This document shows positions 10,574-22,300 of a DNA stretch of 64,000 nt, in pieces. The stretch comes from Heterodontus francisci (lineage: Eukaryota), in contig NC_090400.1 in assembly GCF_036365525.1 (NCBI RefSeq), forward strand, positions 61,290,209 to 61,354,208, in the 5' to 3' direction. The notes beneath the pieces are model-generated. The model saw nothing but the letters and a program-made list of their open reading frames with translations. It had not been told where the DNA came from and did not search any database. How positions within the stretch are numbered: the first letter of the stretch is position 1; every line of letters begins with the position of its first letter. The position numbers and the translations under genes were made by a program.

Positions 10574-13500
10574 CCCTCCTCCTCTCCTCGCTCTCCTCCT
10601 TCTCCTCTCCCCGCCCTCCTTCTCCTCTCCCCGCCCTCCTCCTCCTCTCCTCGCCCTCCTCCTTCTCCTCTCCCCGCCCTCCTCCTCCTCTCCCCCGCCC
10701 TCCTCCTCCTCTCCCCGCTCTCCTCCTCCTCTCCCCGCTCTCCTCCTCCTCTCCCCGCCCTCCTCCTCCTCTCCCCGCCCTCCTCCTCCTCTCCCCGCCC
10801 TCCTCCTCCTCCTCTCCCCGCCCTCCTCCCTCCTCCTCCTCTCCCCGCCCTCCTCCCTCCTCCTCCTCTCCCCGCCCTCCTCCTCCTCTCCCCGCCCTCC
10901 TCCTCCTCTCCCGACCATCCTCCCTCCTCCTCCTCTCCCGACCCTCCTCCCTCCTCCTCCTCTCCCCGCCCTCCCCCTCCTCCTCCCCCGCCCTCCCCCT
11001 CCTCCTCCTCTCCCCGCTCTCCTCCTCCCCCCGCCCTCCCCCCCTCCTCCTCCCCCCGCCCTCCCCCCCTCCTCCTCTCCCCGCCCTCCCCCCCTCCTCC
11101 TCTCCCCGCCCTCCCCCCCTCCTCCTCTCCCCGCCCTCCCCCCCTCCTCCTCTCCCCGCCCTCCCCCCCCTCCTCCTCTCCCCGCCCTCCCCCCCTCCTC
11201 CTCTCCCCGCCCTCCCCCTCCTCCTCCTCTCCCCGCCCTCCCCCTCCTCCTCCTCTCCCCGCCCTCCCCCTCCTCCTCCTCTCCCCGCCCTCCCCCTCCT
11301 CCCCCCGCCATCCCCTCCTNNNNNNNNNNNNNNNNNNNNNNNNNNNNNNNNNNNNNNNNNNNNNNNNNNNNNNNNNNNNNNNNNNNNNNNNNNNNNNNNN
11401 NNNNNNNNNNNNNNNNNNNNNNNNNNNNNNNNNNNNNNNNNNNNNNNNNNNNNNNNNNNNNNNNNNNNNNNNNNNNNNNNNNNNNNNNNNNNNNNNNNNN
11501 NCCTCCTCTCCCCGCCCGCCCCCTCCTCCTCCTCTCCCCGCCCTCCCCCTCCTCCTCCTCTCCCCGCCCTCCCCCTCCTCCTCCTCTCCCCGCCCTCCCA
11601 CTCCTCCTCCTCTCCCCGCCCTCCCCCTCCTCCTCCTCTCCCCGCCCTCCCCCTCCTCCTCCTCTCCCCGCCCTCCCCCTCCTCCTCCTCTCCCCGCCCT
11701 CCCCCTCCTCCTCTCCCCGCCCTCCCCCTNNNNNNNNNNNNNNNNNNNNNNNNNNNNNNNNNNNNNNNNNNNNNNNNNNNNNNNNNNNNNNNNNNNNNNN
11801 NNNNNNNNNNNNNNNNNNNNNNNNNNNNNNNNNNNNNNNNNNNNNNNNNNNNNNNNNNNNNNNNNNNNNNNNNNNNNNNNNNNNNNNNNNNNNNNNNNNN
11901 NNNNNNNNNNNNNNNNNNNNNNNNNNNNNNNNNNNNNNNNNNNNNNNNNNNNNNNNNNNNNNNCCTCCTCTCCCCGCCCTCCCCCTTCTCCTCCTCTCCC
12001 CGCCCTCCCCCTTCTCCTCCTCTCCCCGCCCTCCCCCTTCTCCTCCTCTCCCCGCCCTCCCCCTTCTCCTCCTCTCCCCGCCCTCCCCCTTCTCCTCCTC
12101 TCCCCGCCCTCCCCCTTCTCCTCCTCTCCCCGCCCTCCCCCTTCTCCTCCTCTCCCCGCCCTCCCCCTTCTCCTCCTCTCCCCGCCCTCCCCCTCCTCCT
12201 CCTCTCCCCGCCCTCCCCCTCCTCCTCCTCTCCCCGCCCCCCTCCTCCTCCTCTCCCCGCCCTCCCCCTCCTCCTCCTCTCCCCGCCCTCCCCCTCCTCC
12301 TCCTCCCCTCCCCCTTCTCCTCCTCTCCCCGCCCTCCCCCTCCTCTCCCCGCCCTCCCCCTCCTCCTCCTCCCCTCCCCCTCCTCCTCCTCCCCTCCCCC
12401 TCCTCCTCCTCTCCCCGCCCTCCCCCTCCTCCTCCACCCCCCGCCCTCCCCCTCCTCCTCCTCCCCCCGCCCTCCCCCTCCTCCTCCCGCCCTCCCCCTC
12501 CTCCTCCCGCCCTCCCCTTCCTCCTCCTCTCCCCGCCCTCCTCCTCCTCCCCCCCGCCCTACCCCTCCCCCTCCTTCTCCCCCCCGCCATACCCCTCCTC
12601 CTCCTCCCCCCGCCCTCCCCCTCCTCCTCCTCCCCCCGCCCTCCCCCTCCTCCTCCTCCCCCCGCCCTACCCCTCCCCCTCCTCATCCTCCCCGCCCTCC
12701 TCCTCCCCCCGCCCTCCCTCTCCTCCTCCTCCCGCCGCCCTCCCCCTCATCCTCCCCCTCCTCCCCCCGCCCTCCCCCTCCTACCCCCGCCCTCCCCTCC
12801 TCCCCCTGCTCCCCCCGCCCCTCCTCCTCCCNNNNNNNNNNNNNNNNNNNNNNNNNNNNNNNNNNNNNNNNNNNNNNNNNNNNNNNNNNNNNNNNNNNNN
12901 NNNNNNNNNNNNNNNNNNNNNNNNNNNNNNNNNNNNNNNNNNNNNNNNNNNNNNNNNNNNNNNNNNNNNNNNNNNNNNNNNNNNNNNNNNNNNNNNNNNN
13001 NNNNNNNNNNNNNNNNNNNNNNNNNNNNNNNNNNNNNNNNNNNNNNNNNNNNNNNNNNNNNNNNNNNNNNNNNNNNNNNNNNNNNNNNNNNNNNNNNNNN
13101 NNNNNNNNNNNNNNNNNNNNNNNNNNNNNNNNNNNNNNNNNNNNNNNNNNNNNNNNNNNNNNNNNNNNNNNNNNNNNNNNNNNNNNNNNNNNNNNNNNNN
13201 NNTCCTCCTCCTCCTCCCCCCGCCCTCCTCCTCCTCCCCCCGCCCTCCTCCTCCTCCTCCCCCCGCCCTCACCCTCCTCCTCCCCCCCGCCATACCCCTC
13301 CTCCTCCTCCCCCCGCCCTCCCCCTCCTCCTCCTCCCCCCGCCCTACCCCTCCCCCTCCTCATCCTCCCCGCTCTCCTCCTCCCCCCGCCCTCCCTCTCC
13401 TCCTCCTCCCGCCGCCCTCCCCCTCGTCCTCCCCCTCCCGCCGCCCTCCCCCTCGTCCTCCCCCTCGTCCTCCCCCTCCTCCCCCCGCCCTCCCCCTCCT

Positions 13501-14864
13501 CCCCCCGCCCTCCCCCTCCTCCCCCCGCCCTCCCCCTCCTCCCCCTGCTCCCCCCGCCCTCNNNNNNNNNNNNNNNNNNNNNNNNNNNNNNNNNNNNNNN
13601 NNNNNNNNNNNNNNNNNNNNNNNNNNNNNNNNNNNNNNNNNNNNNNNNNNNNNNNNNNNNNNNNNNNNNNNNNNNNNNNNNNNNNNNNNNNNNNNNNNNN
13701 NNNNNNNNNNNNNNNNNNNNNNNNNNNNNNNNNNNNNNNNNNNNNNNNNNNNNNNNNNNNNNNNNNNNNNNNNNNNNNNNNNNNNNNNNNNNNNNNNNNN
13801 NNNNNNNNNNNNNNNNNNNNNNNNNNNNNNNNNNNNNNNNNNNNNNNNNNNNNNNNNNNNNNNNNNNNNNNNNNNNNNNNNNNNNNNNNNNNNNNNNNNN
13901 NNNNNNNNNNNNNNNNNNNNNNNNNNNNNNNNNNNNNNNNNNNNNNNNNNNNNNNNNNNNNNNNNNNNNNNNNNNNNNNNNNNNNNNNNNNNNNNNNNNN
14001 NNNNNNNNNNNNNNNNNNNNNNNNNNNNNNNNNNNNNNNNNNNNNNNNNNNNNNNNNNNNNNNNNNNCCTCCCCCCGCCCTCCTCCTCCCCCCGCCCTCC
14101 TCCTCCCCCCGCCCTCACCCTCCTCCTCCCCCCGCCCTCACCCTCCCCCTCCCCCTCCCCCTCCTCCTCCCCCCGCCCTCCCCCTCCCCCCGCCCTCCCC
14201 CTCCTCCTCCCCCCGCCCTCCCCCTNNNNNNNNNNNNNNNNNNNNNNNNNNNNNNNNNNNNNNNNNNNNNNNNNNNNNNNNNNNNNNNNNNNNNNNNNNN
14301 NNNNNNNNNNNNNNNNNNNNNNNNNNNNNNNNNNNNNNNNNNNNNNNNNNNNNNNNNNNNNNNNNNNNNNNNNNNNNNNNNNNNNNNNNNNNNNNNNNNN
14401 NNNNNNNNNNNNNNNNNNNNNNNNNNNNNNNNNNNNNNNNNNNNNNNNNNNNNNNNNNNNNNNNNNNNNNNNNNNNNNNNNNNNNCCTCCTATCCCCGCC
14501 CTCCCCCGCCCTCCTCCTATCCCCGCCCTCCCCCGCCCTCCTCCCCCCCTCCCCATCCACCTCATCCTCCTCCTCCTCTCCCCGCCTCCTCCACCCCCCT
14601 CCCCCCCCCCGCCTCCTCCTCCCCCTCCCCCGCCCTCCCCCTCCTCCTCTCCCCGCCCTCCTCCCCCTCCTCCTCCTCTCCACGCCTCCCCCCGCCCTCC
14701 CCCTCCTCCTCCTCTCCCCACCCTCCCCCTCCTCCTCCTCCCCCCATCCTCCCCCCTCCTCCTCATCCTCCCCCCGCCCTCCCCCTCCCCCTCCTCCTCC
14801 CCCCATCCTCCCCCTCCTCCTCATCCTCCCCCCGCCCTCCCCCTCCCCCTCCTCCTCCTCCTCC
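10574..14864. repeat. C-rich polypyrimidine tandem array (17-26-bp units, e.g. CCTCCTCCTCCTCTCCCCGCCCTCCC) with five N runs
   Basis: Directly visible. N runs at 11320-11501, 11730-11963, 12832-13202, 13562-14067 and 14226-14485. Confidence 0.95.
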
Positions 14865-14869
14865 AGTAA

Positions 14870-14965
14870 TCTGGCCCAGTGATATATGTCCAACTCAGGT
14901 TGGTGTATGACTTTGAGGGGAACTTGGAGGTGTTGGTGTTCCCACTACATTGCTGCTCTTGTCTT
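14870..14965 (-). mobile_element. CR1-group 3' fragment (family of 8620-9810)
   Basis: Reverse-complement similarity to 9535-9630. Confidence 0.6.
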
Positions 14966-15060
14966 TGTAAAGGCCTTGAAACAAGAATGTAGTATTGAAG
15001 TAAGTTGCTATACTGGATCCTATTGCTGGTACGCTAGTGCTGGAGGTAATGGATGTTGAT

Positions 15061-15185
15061 AAAAGCAAATTTCTGTGGATTTTGGAAATCTAAAATAAAA
15101 ACAGAAAATGCTGGAAATGCTCAGCAGGTCTGGCAGCATCTGTGGAGAGAGAAACAGTTAACAATTTAGGTCTGTGACCTTTCAT
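15061..15185 (-). mobile_element. PLE-derived short element (same family as 4535-4721), older copy
   Basis: aaaagcaaat...gaaaatgctggaaatgctcagcaggtctggcagcatctgtggagagagaaacagttaac is the reverse complement of the family body. Confidence 0.8.
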
Positions 15186-16793
15186 GTGGATGTTGAAACT
15201 AATGACAGAACACTGTCACCAATTAAACAGGCATGAGATTCTTTGTTTATTTTTGCACTTTCAGCTGTCTCATGTCAAATATTAGAAAAGCAAAACTACT
15301 GAAGGTAGTGATGATGGTAGAATTCAAAGGAATAGATTTTGAACTTGCAGCTTGGGTATAAAGCTGGCATTGTGGATCAGCTGCCTGTTACAGAAACAAA
15401 CTGATTATATTTCCATTGATATTTATAACAGGTGGCCAGTCTGCAATGCCATGTTTACACCTGGGCAGCAAGTTGAAAAATTAACCCCAAACCTTTAAAG
15501 TGGCTTGAATTTTATTGGGTTCCTCTCGATCTATGAGGAACCGAGGTGTTGCAGTGCAATTTGGAAAAAAAGATTCTAGCAGCAAGCAAATTTGCTAATT
15601 ATTTCAGAAGCTTTAATCCTTTCTGAGCTGCTGCAGATAATATTGTTGATGCTTATGTTAGGCTGTGGTGCAGCACTTTTCATAGGCCCGAAAGCTTTGA
15701 CTGAAGCCAGCTGTCTAGTGTGGCTTTGAGCTGCTAGCAATGTGCAGCGAGCTGCAGCATAGACATCATCAGTGACAGCTTCTGGCAGTCCTCGACCCAC
15801 AAAGGGGCCCAGCCAGTTCCGCTAACAGGGACATATAAATCTAATTAGCTGCTGAATGGTGATAGCATCAAATGAAAAGGCGTATATACAGCACTGGCAA
15901 CAGTTCAGCAGCCCAATTCTCTCAAACAGGAAAATGGGCACTGTGCCAAAATCAATAGCGAGGTAGTTTGTATTTCTCCGCAGCTGCCTTTAGATGTGAA
16001 TGAAGCTGTTAAAGGCTTTCCTTCAATTCACATGGAGGACAGGTTTGGTGTTCATTTATGTCATTTTCTATATAGTAAACTTCTCTATCTGCACCAATTC
16101 AAGTTCAACATTAGAGCAACAGTGCAGATAACTTCACATTCCAGTTTACCCTTTCAGCTTATGCAAACATGTGTCTGTCTGTGCAGATATGCTCCTTCTG
16201 AGTCAGTAGCTGACTGTGCAGTGTTCTTAAATAAAATCAGAAACTACTGCAAATGCATAGGAACTCAGTCAGCATGCATAGAAAGAAATGGCAGCTTAAT
16301 GTTTCAGTGGGACCCACACCTGAACCAGTCAGCTTTCTTTTCTCTACAGTGCTGACTGAGTGGCTGTATGTTCCCAGTTTTTCTATTTGTTTGTGGAGTT
16401 TTCTTGTGTTCCAAGCTCTTTCTTGATGGTCAAAGGCTCCAAGAGAACTGAAGTAGAATTCTGTGCACCCCACCCCCGAGTTCTTCCTTCTCACTGCATC
16501 TGGGAACTGCTGTTAGAGATTCCTTAGAGGATGAGACTGGAAATTAATAATGGGAAACAAGGAAATGGCAAAACTTTGAACGAGTATTTTGAATCTGTCT
16601 TCAGAGTAGAAGACACAAAAAGCATCCCAAGAATAGCAGAAAATCAAGAGGAATAAGGGAGGGAGGAACTTAAAATAATCACTATCACTAGAGAAGAAGT
16701 ACTAGGAAAACTAATGGGACTAAAGGCTGACAAGTCCCCTGGACCTAATGGCCTGCATCCTGGGGTCTTAAAAGAAGTAGCTGCAGAGATAGT

Positions 16794-16927
16794 TCCGAAG
16801 AAGGGTCACTGACCCGAAACGTTAACTCTGCTTCTCTTTCCACAGATGCTGCCAGACCTGCTGAGTGGTTCCAGCATTTCTTGTTTTTATTTCAGATTTC
16901 CAGCATCCGCAATATTTTGCTTTTATT
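16794..16927 (+). mobile_element. 134-bp PLE-derived element with hammerhead-like motif at its 5' end; 8-bp TSD
   Basis: GAGATAGT at 16786-16793 and 16928-16935. Removing the insert restores CR1 EVAAEIVDAL. Motif CCGAAGA-A-GGGTC(ACT)GACCC-GAAAC-GTT-AACT at 16795-16827. Confidence 0.85.
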
Positions 16928-18325
16928 GAGATAGTGGATGCATTGGTTGTAATCTTCCAAAATTCCTTAGATTAAGAAAACGTCCCAACAGATTGGAAAA
17001 TTGCAGATGAAACACCTCTATTCGAGAAAGGGGGGTGGGGAGGTGACAGATAGCGAGAAACTATAGGCCTGTTAGCTTAACATCTGTCATTGGGAAAATG
17101 CTAGAATTATTATTATGGAAGTAGTAGCAGGACATTAGAAAATCATAATGCAATCAGGCAGAATCAACATGGTTTTATGAAAGGGCAATCATGTTTGACA
17201 AATTTATTAGAGTTCTTTGAGGATGTAACAAGCAGGGTGGATAAAGGGGAACCAGTAGATGTAGTGTATTTGGATTTCCAAAAGGCATTCAATAAGCTGC
17301 CACATAAAAGATTACAGCACAAGATAAAAGTTAATGGTGTTGGGGGTAATATATGGATAGAGGATTGGCTAACTAACAGGAAAGAGAGAGTAGGCATAAA
17401 TGGAGCATTTTCAGGTTGCCAAACTGTAACTAGTGGGGTGCCACAGGGATCAGTGCTGGGGCCTCAACTATTTACAATCTATATTAATGACTTGGATGAA
17501 CTGACTGAGTGTATTGTAGCCAAATTTGTGGACAATACAAAGATAGGTAGGAAAGCAAGTTGGAGGAGGACACAAAGTGGTCTACAAAGAGATATAGATA
17601 GGTTAAGTGAGTGGGTAAAAATTTGTCAGATGGAGTATAATGTGGCAAATCGTGAGGTTGTCTGCTTTGGCGGGAAGAATAGAAAAGCAGAATATTATTT
17701 AAATGGAGAGAGAGACTGCAGAATGCTGTGGTACAGAGGGATCTGGGTGTCCCTGTACATAAATCTCAAAGTTAGCATGCAGATACAGCAAGTATTTAGG
17801 AAGGCAAATGGAACGTTGGCATCTATTGCAAGGGGGATGAAGTACAAAAGTAGGGAAGCCTTGCTACAGCTGTACAGGGCATTGGTGAGAGCACACCTAA
17901 AGTACTGCGTACAGTTTTGGACCCCTTACTTAAGGAGGGATTTACTTGCATTGGAAGCAGTGCAGAGAATGTTCACTAGGCTGATTCCTGGGATGAAGGA
18001 GTTGTCTTTTGAGGAAAGGTTGAGCAGGTTGGGCCTATACTCATTGGAGTCTAGAAGAATGAGAGGTAATCTTATTGAAATATATAAGATTCTGAGGGGG
18101 CTTGACAGGGTAGATGCTGAGAGGATGTTTCCCCTCGTGGGAGAATCTAGAACGGGGGTCACAGTTTCAAAATAAGGGGGTCTCCCTTTTAAGACGGCGA
18201 TAAAAAGGAATTTCTTCTCTGAGGATTGTTAATTTTTCGAATTCTCTTCCCCAGAGAGCAGTGGAGGCTGGGTCGTTGAATATATTCAAGGCTGAGTGCG
18301 ACAGATTTTTGATTTTCAAGGGAGT

Positions 18326-18856
18326 CTTGAATGACTTGGATCTTGGAATACAGAGTAGAATCTCAAAATTTGCTGGCAACACCAAACTTGGAGGTGCGGC
18401 AAACAGTATGGTATGAACAGCCTGCAACAGGACATAGATAGGCTAGTAGAATGGACAGGGAGATGGCAGATGGAATTTAATACTGACAAGTGTGAGGTAA
18501 TACGTTTTGGCTGAAGGAATAGGGAGAGGCAATATATTTAATGGCACAGTTCTAAAGAGGGTGCAGGGACCTGAGGGTCCATGTGCATAGATCTTTGAAT
18601 GTGGCAGGACATATTGAGAGAGTGGTTAGCAAAGCATATGGGATCTTGGGCTTCATAAATTGAGGTATAGAGCCCACAAGGGTGGTGGAAGCAGAGACAA
18701 TCAATGTCTTCAAGAGGAAGTTGGATGGTCACCTGAGTGAAATCGACTTGCAGGGCTGGGGATCCAGCTGGGGAGGAGGAGTGACTGCATAACTCCATGG
18801 AGAACTGGCATGGACTCGATGGGCCAAATGGCCTCCTTCTGTGTCATAAATGGCTC
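18326..18856 (+). mobile_element. Second CR1 subfamily fragment nested in the 3' end of the 16520-18992 copy
   Basis: Restarts at RT NDLD...KFA, is internally deleted, and has its own tail gggccaaatggcctccttctgtgtc. Confidence 0.8.
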
Positions 18857-19007
18857 AGACAAGGGTTATGGAGGGCAAGCAGGAAAGTGGAGTTAAGGCC
18901 ACAATCAGAGCAGCCACGATCTTATTGAATGGTAGAGTGGTTTTGAGGGGCCAAATGGCCTACCCCTGCTCCTATTTTTTTTATGTTCTTATAATTCAAC
19001 ATGTGCC

Positions 19008-19360
19008 AACTTGGCTCAGCTGATAACAGTGAGAAGGCTGTGGTTTCAAGTTCCACTCTTGGACTTGAGCTATTAATCCAGGGTGACTGCCACACTCAGA
19101 GTACAGCATTGTCAGAGCTGCCTTCCTTTAGATATGACATTAAACCAAGGCCTTGTCTGTTTCTAGAGCTCAGCTAGATAAAGATCCCGTAGCAGTATTG
19201 GAAAAAGCAAGCTGTCCTGGCCAACCTCCCCCACCCCAATTACAAATCAATGAACTGGTTACTCGTCTTGTGACTGTGACATTATGTTGGTTCACACTGC
19301 ACTCCAAAAATAAAATGCTTTAAGCCATTTCAACGACTTCATAAATACAAGTGTTTCTTT
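19008..19360 (+). mobile_element. Degenerate DeuSINE-like tRNA-derived SINE
   Basis: ttggctcagctg...ggtttcaagttccactc...gacttgagc...tgtcctggccaac...ataaatacaagt; colinear with 28640-29030. Confidence 0.65.
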
Positions 19361-19521
19361 CCTTTTATCCAAAAGGAAGGGGCCCATTTTCTCTGTGGCT
19401 CCAGCAGCCGCCTGGGAGTCATGAAAAGTCAGGTCTCAGAAGCTATTTGAGGTACACAGCCTCCCTCACCACAGTGCACTGCGTGTTGAGGAAGTGCTGA
19501 GACTTTGCCAAGGATGGAACA

Positions 19522-20880
19522 TTTTTTTTATTTCCAAAATATACTTTATTCATAAAAATCTGTTAAAAAAAAATACATGACAAAACAGTTCTAAACAGCA
19601 CCAAGTCAAAAATTACAAACAGTGCAAAGGAGGTCAGTTTCCTTCAATGCAGGAGTGAGTTGCCTCACAACCCTTCCATTTCATTTTTCACGCCATATAA
19701 ATTTTACAGCAAATGAAAATTTTCCCGATACAGTTCGAGGCATTTTCCATGGATCCAGCCCCTCAGTTCAGCTTGGTGGGGGGACCTTGCACAGTGGTCT
19801 TTCCCCATTGAGCTTTTGCTGCGGCTGCCCCAAGCTTTAGTGCGTCCCTCAGCACGTAGTCCTGGACCTTGGAATGTGCCAGTCTGCAACATTCGGTCGT
19901 GGACAACTCTTTGCGCTGGAAGACCAGCAAGTTTTGGGCAGACCAAAGGGCGTCTTTCACCGAATTGATAGTCCTCCAGCAGCAGTTGATGTTTGTCTCT
20001 GTGTGCTACCCTGGGAACAGCCCGTAGAGCACAGACTCCTGCGTTACAGAGCTGCTTGGGATGAACCTCGACAAAAACCACTGCATCTCTTTCCACACCT
20101 GCTTTGCAAAGACACATTCCAGAAGGAGGTGGGCACCCTTCTCTTCCCCACCACAGCCACCGCGAGGGCATTGTGCGGAGGGGGTGAGACTTCGGGTGTG
20201 CAGGAAGGATCTGACGGGGAAGGCTCTTCTCACCACCAGCCAAGCTACATCTTGGTGCTTGTTTGAAAGTTCTGGTAATGAGGCGTTCCGCCAAATGACT
20301 TTGGCGGTCTGCTCGGGGAACCATCTGACAGGATCCACCATCTCCTTTTCCCGTGGGGCCTTGAGGACATTCCGTGCAGACCACTGCCTGATGGATCGGT
20401 GGTCAAAGGTGTTTTTCCGCAGAAACTGTTCCACGAAGTATAGGTGGTACGGCACGGTCCAACTGGATGGAGCGTTCCGCGGCAATGTGGCCAGGCCCAT
20501 CCTTTGCAACACCGGGGACAGATAGAACCTCAGCACGTAGTGACACTTGGAGTTTGTGTACTGGAGGTCTACACACAGATTGATGCAGCCGCACACGAAG
20601 GTGGTCATCAGGATGAGGGCGATGTTGGGTACATTTTTCCCGTCCTTATCCAGAGGTTTGAACATCGTGTCCCTCCGGACCCGGTCCATTTTGGATCCCC
20701 ATATGAAGCGGAAAATGGCTCGGGTGACCGTCACAGCGCAGGAGTGGGGTATGGGCCAGACCTGCGCCACGTATAGCAACAATGTGAGCGCCTCACACAT
20801 GATGACCAGGTTCTTACCCATAATGGAGAGAGATCGCTGTTCCCACATGCTCAGCTTGTGTTGTATCCTGGCTACTCGTT
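19522..20880 (-). mobile_element. Tx1-clade (L1 group) LINE, 5'-truncated: ORF2 C-terminus, 3' UTR and poly(A)
   Basis: W..RSLSIMGKNLVI, FRFIWGSK, and a CCHC knuckle CPRGGCGGEEKGAHLLLEC. One frame runs 19763-20880 with a single TAG at 20006-20008. AATAAA and an A-tail lie on the minus strand near 19522-19550. Confidence 0.88.
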
Positions 20881-21349
20881 TAAAATTGTCTGAAGAGCAA
20901 TGCATGAAAGGAAGCAGTATTATAAAAACTATTGGTAGAGATTGGTATTATTTAAATAATAGGAACTGTTGAAAGCCACTTTGGAGTAAAGCACAGGACT
21001 GGTCGCACTCGTTGATTGATGAATAATGAGGTGCTAAAGTGGCCTATCTGGATGAACCATAACAGATTTAGCATTTCCAGGGGTGGAAATGGGTGAACCA
21101 TTGATCTCCCCTTTAAAGTGCATGTCCGGTTTCTGGGCTGACGAGCTATAGATTTAACACAGCACCCTCCACAGTGGTGACAAGGGTCATTGATTAGCTA
21201 GTCAGTATTTAACAAATCAGCGACGCTGAGTCTGTAATAAAAGCAGAAAATGATGTACAGCAGTCCCTTCAGCTTCTGAAATGAGACAAGACAGGTTAAT
21301 GTTTATAGGGGAAACTGTTGCTCAGAAATGGAAATTGATAAGCAAGTCC

Positions 21350-22300
21350 TAACAACTACCTGTACTTATACCTTTAATAAAATAAACCATCTCAAGACAC
21401 TTCACAGAACCGTTATAATGGAAAATTTGACACCGATATCGTAAGGTGATATTAGGGCAGATGGCCAAAAAGATTTTAAGCAGCACCTTAAAGGAGGACA
21501 GAGAGGTGTAGGAAAGGAATTCCAGAGCTTAGGGCCCAGGCAGCTGAAGGCACAGCCACCATGGTGCAGTTAAAATCGGGAATCCTTGGGAGTCTAGAAT
21601 TGGATGAGCATAGATATCTCGAGGGTTGTGAGGCTGGAGGATATTGCAGAGATAGAGAGGGGATGAGGTTATGGAGGGATTTGAAAACAAAGGTGAGAAT
21701 TTTAAAATCAAGGCGTTGCTTAACCAGGAGTCACTGTTGGCCAGCGAGCGCAGGAGTGATGGGTGAACAGGACTTGAGAACAAGGACACAGGCAGTAGAG
21801 TTTTGGATGACCTCAAGTCTACAGAGAGTAGAATGTGGTAGGCCAGCCAAGGGTACAATGGAATAGTCAAGTCCAGATGTAACAGAGGCATGAGTGAGGG
21901 TTTCAACAGCAGATGAGCTAAGGCAGGGGCAGAGTCAGGTGATGTTACGAAGGTGGAAATAGGCAGTCTTCATGATGGCATGAATATGAGGTTGGAAGCT
22001 CAACTTGGGGTCAAATATGACTCTATAACAAGGTTGCGAACAGTCTGGCTCAGCCTCAATTAGTTTCCAGGAAAAAGGATGGAATTGGTGGCAAGGGGAC
22101 GGAGTTTGTAGCAGGGACCAAGACAGTGGCTTCAGTCTTGCCAATATTTCTTGGGAAGAAATTTCTGCTCAACTATTACTGGTTGTCAGACAAGCAGTCT
22201 GATAATTTAGTGACAGTGAAGGAGTCGAGAGCGCTGGTGGTGAATTAGAGCTGGGTGTCATCAGTGTATGTGTGAAAACTGACACTGATGATGTCACCAC
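21350..22300 (-). mobile_element. L2 LINE RT C-terminus and 3' end
   Basis: VIFDPKLSFQPHIHAIMKTAYFHLRNI; the right edge corresponds to the YADDTQLY-like region (reverse complement of agagctgggtgtcatcagtgta). Confidence 0.85.

Larger units (their letters stand above)
16520..18992 (+). mobile_element. CR1 LINE ORF2 (RT) to 3' tail, with nested insertions at 16794-16927 and about 18326-18856
   Basis: ORF 17177-18175: [60 protein letters not shown]; tail gggccaaatggcctacccctgctcct. Confidence 0.93.

Noticed and set aside
10478-14893. 1454-aa proline-rich (extensin/formin-like) and Gly/Arg/Glu-rich ORFs
   Set aside because: This is low-complexity C/T DNA that cannot encode stops. The ORFs span N runs and show no splice or codon signal.
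15984-16042. 59-nt candidate exon (ttctccgcag|...AG|gtttgg)
   Set aside because: It is short, the donor is mediocre and there is no recognisable homology; such matches are expected by chance in 64 kb.
17177-18175. Functional or domesticated reverse transcriptase gene (also 40531-41778, 34755-36194)
   Set aside because: All copies are truncated, frameshifted or have damaged catalytic motifs (e.g. FVDN for FADD). ORF 40531-41778 is a chance CR1-L2 read-through.
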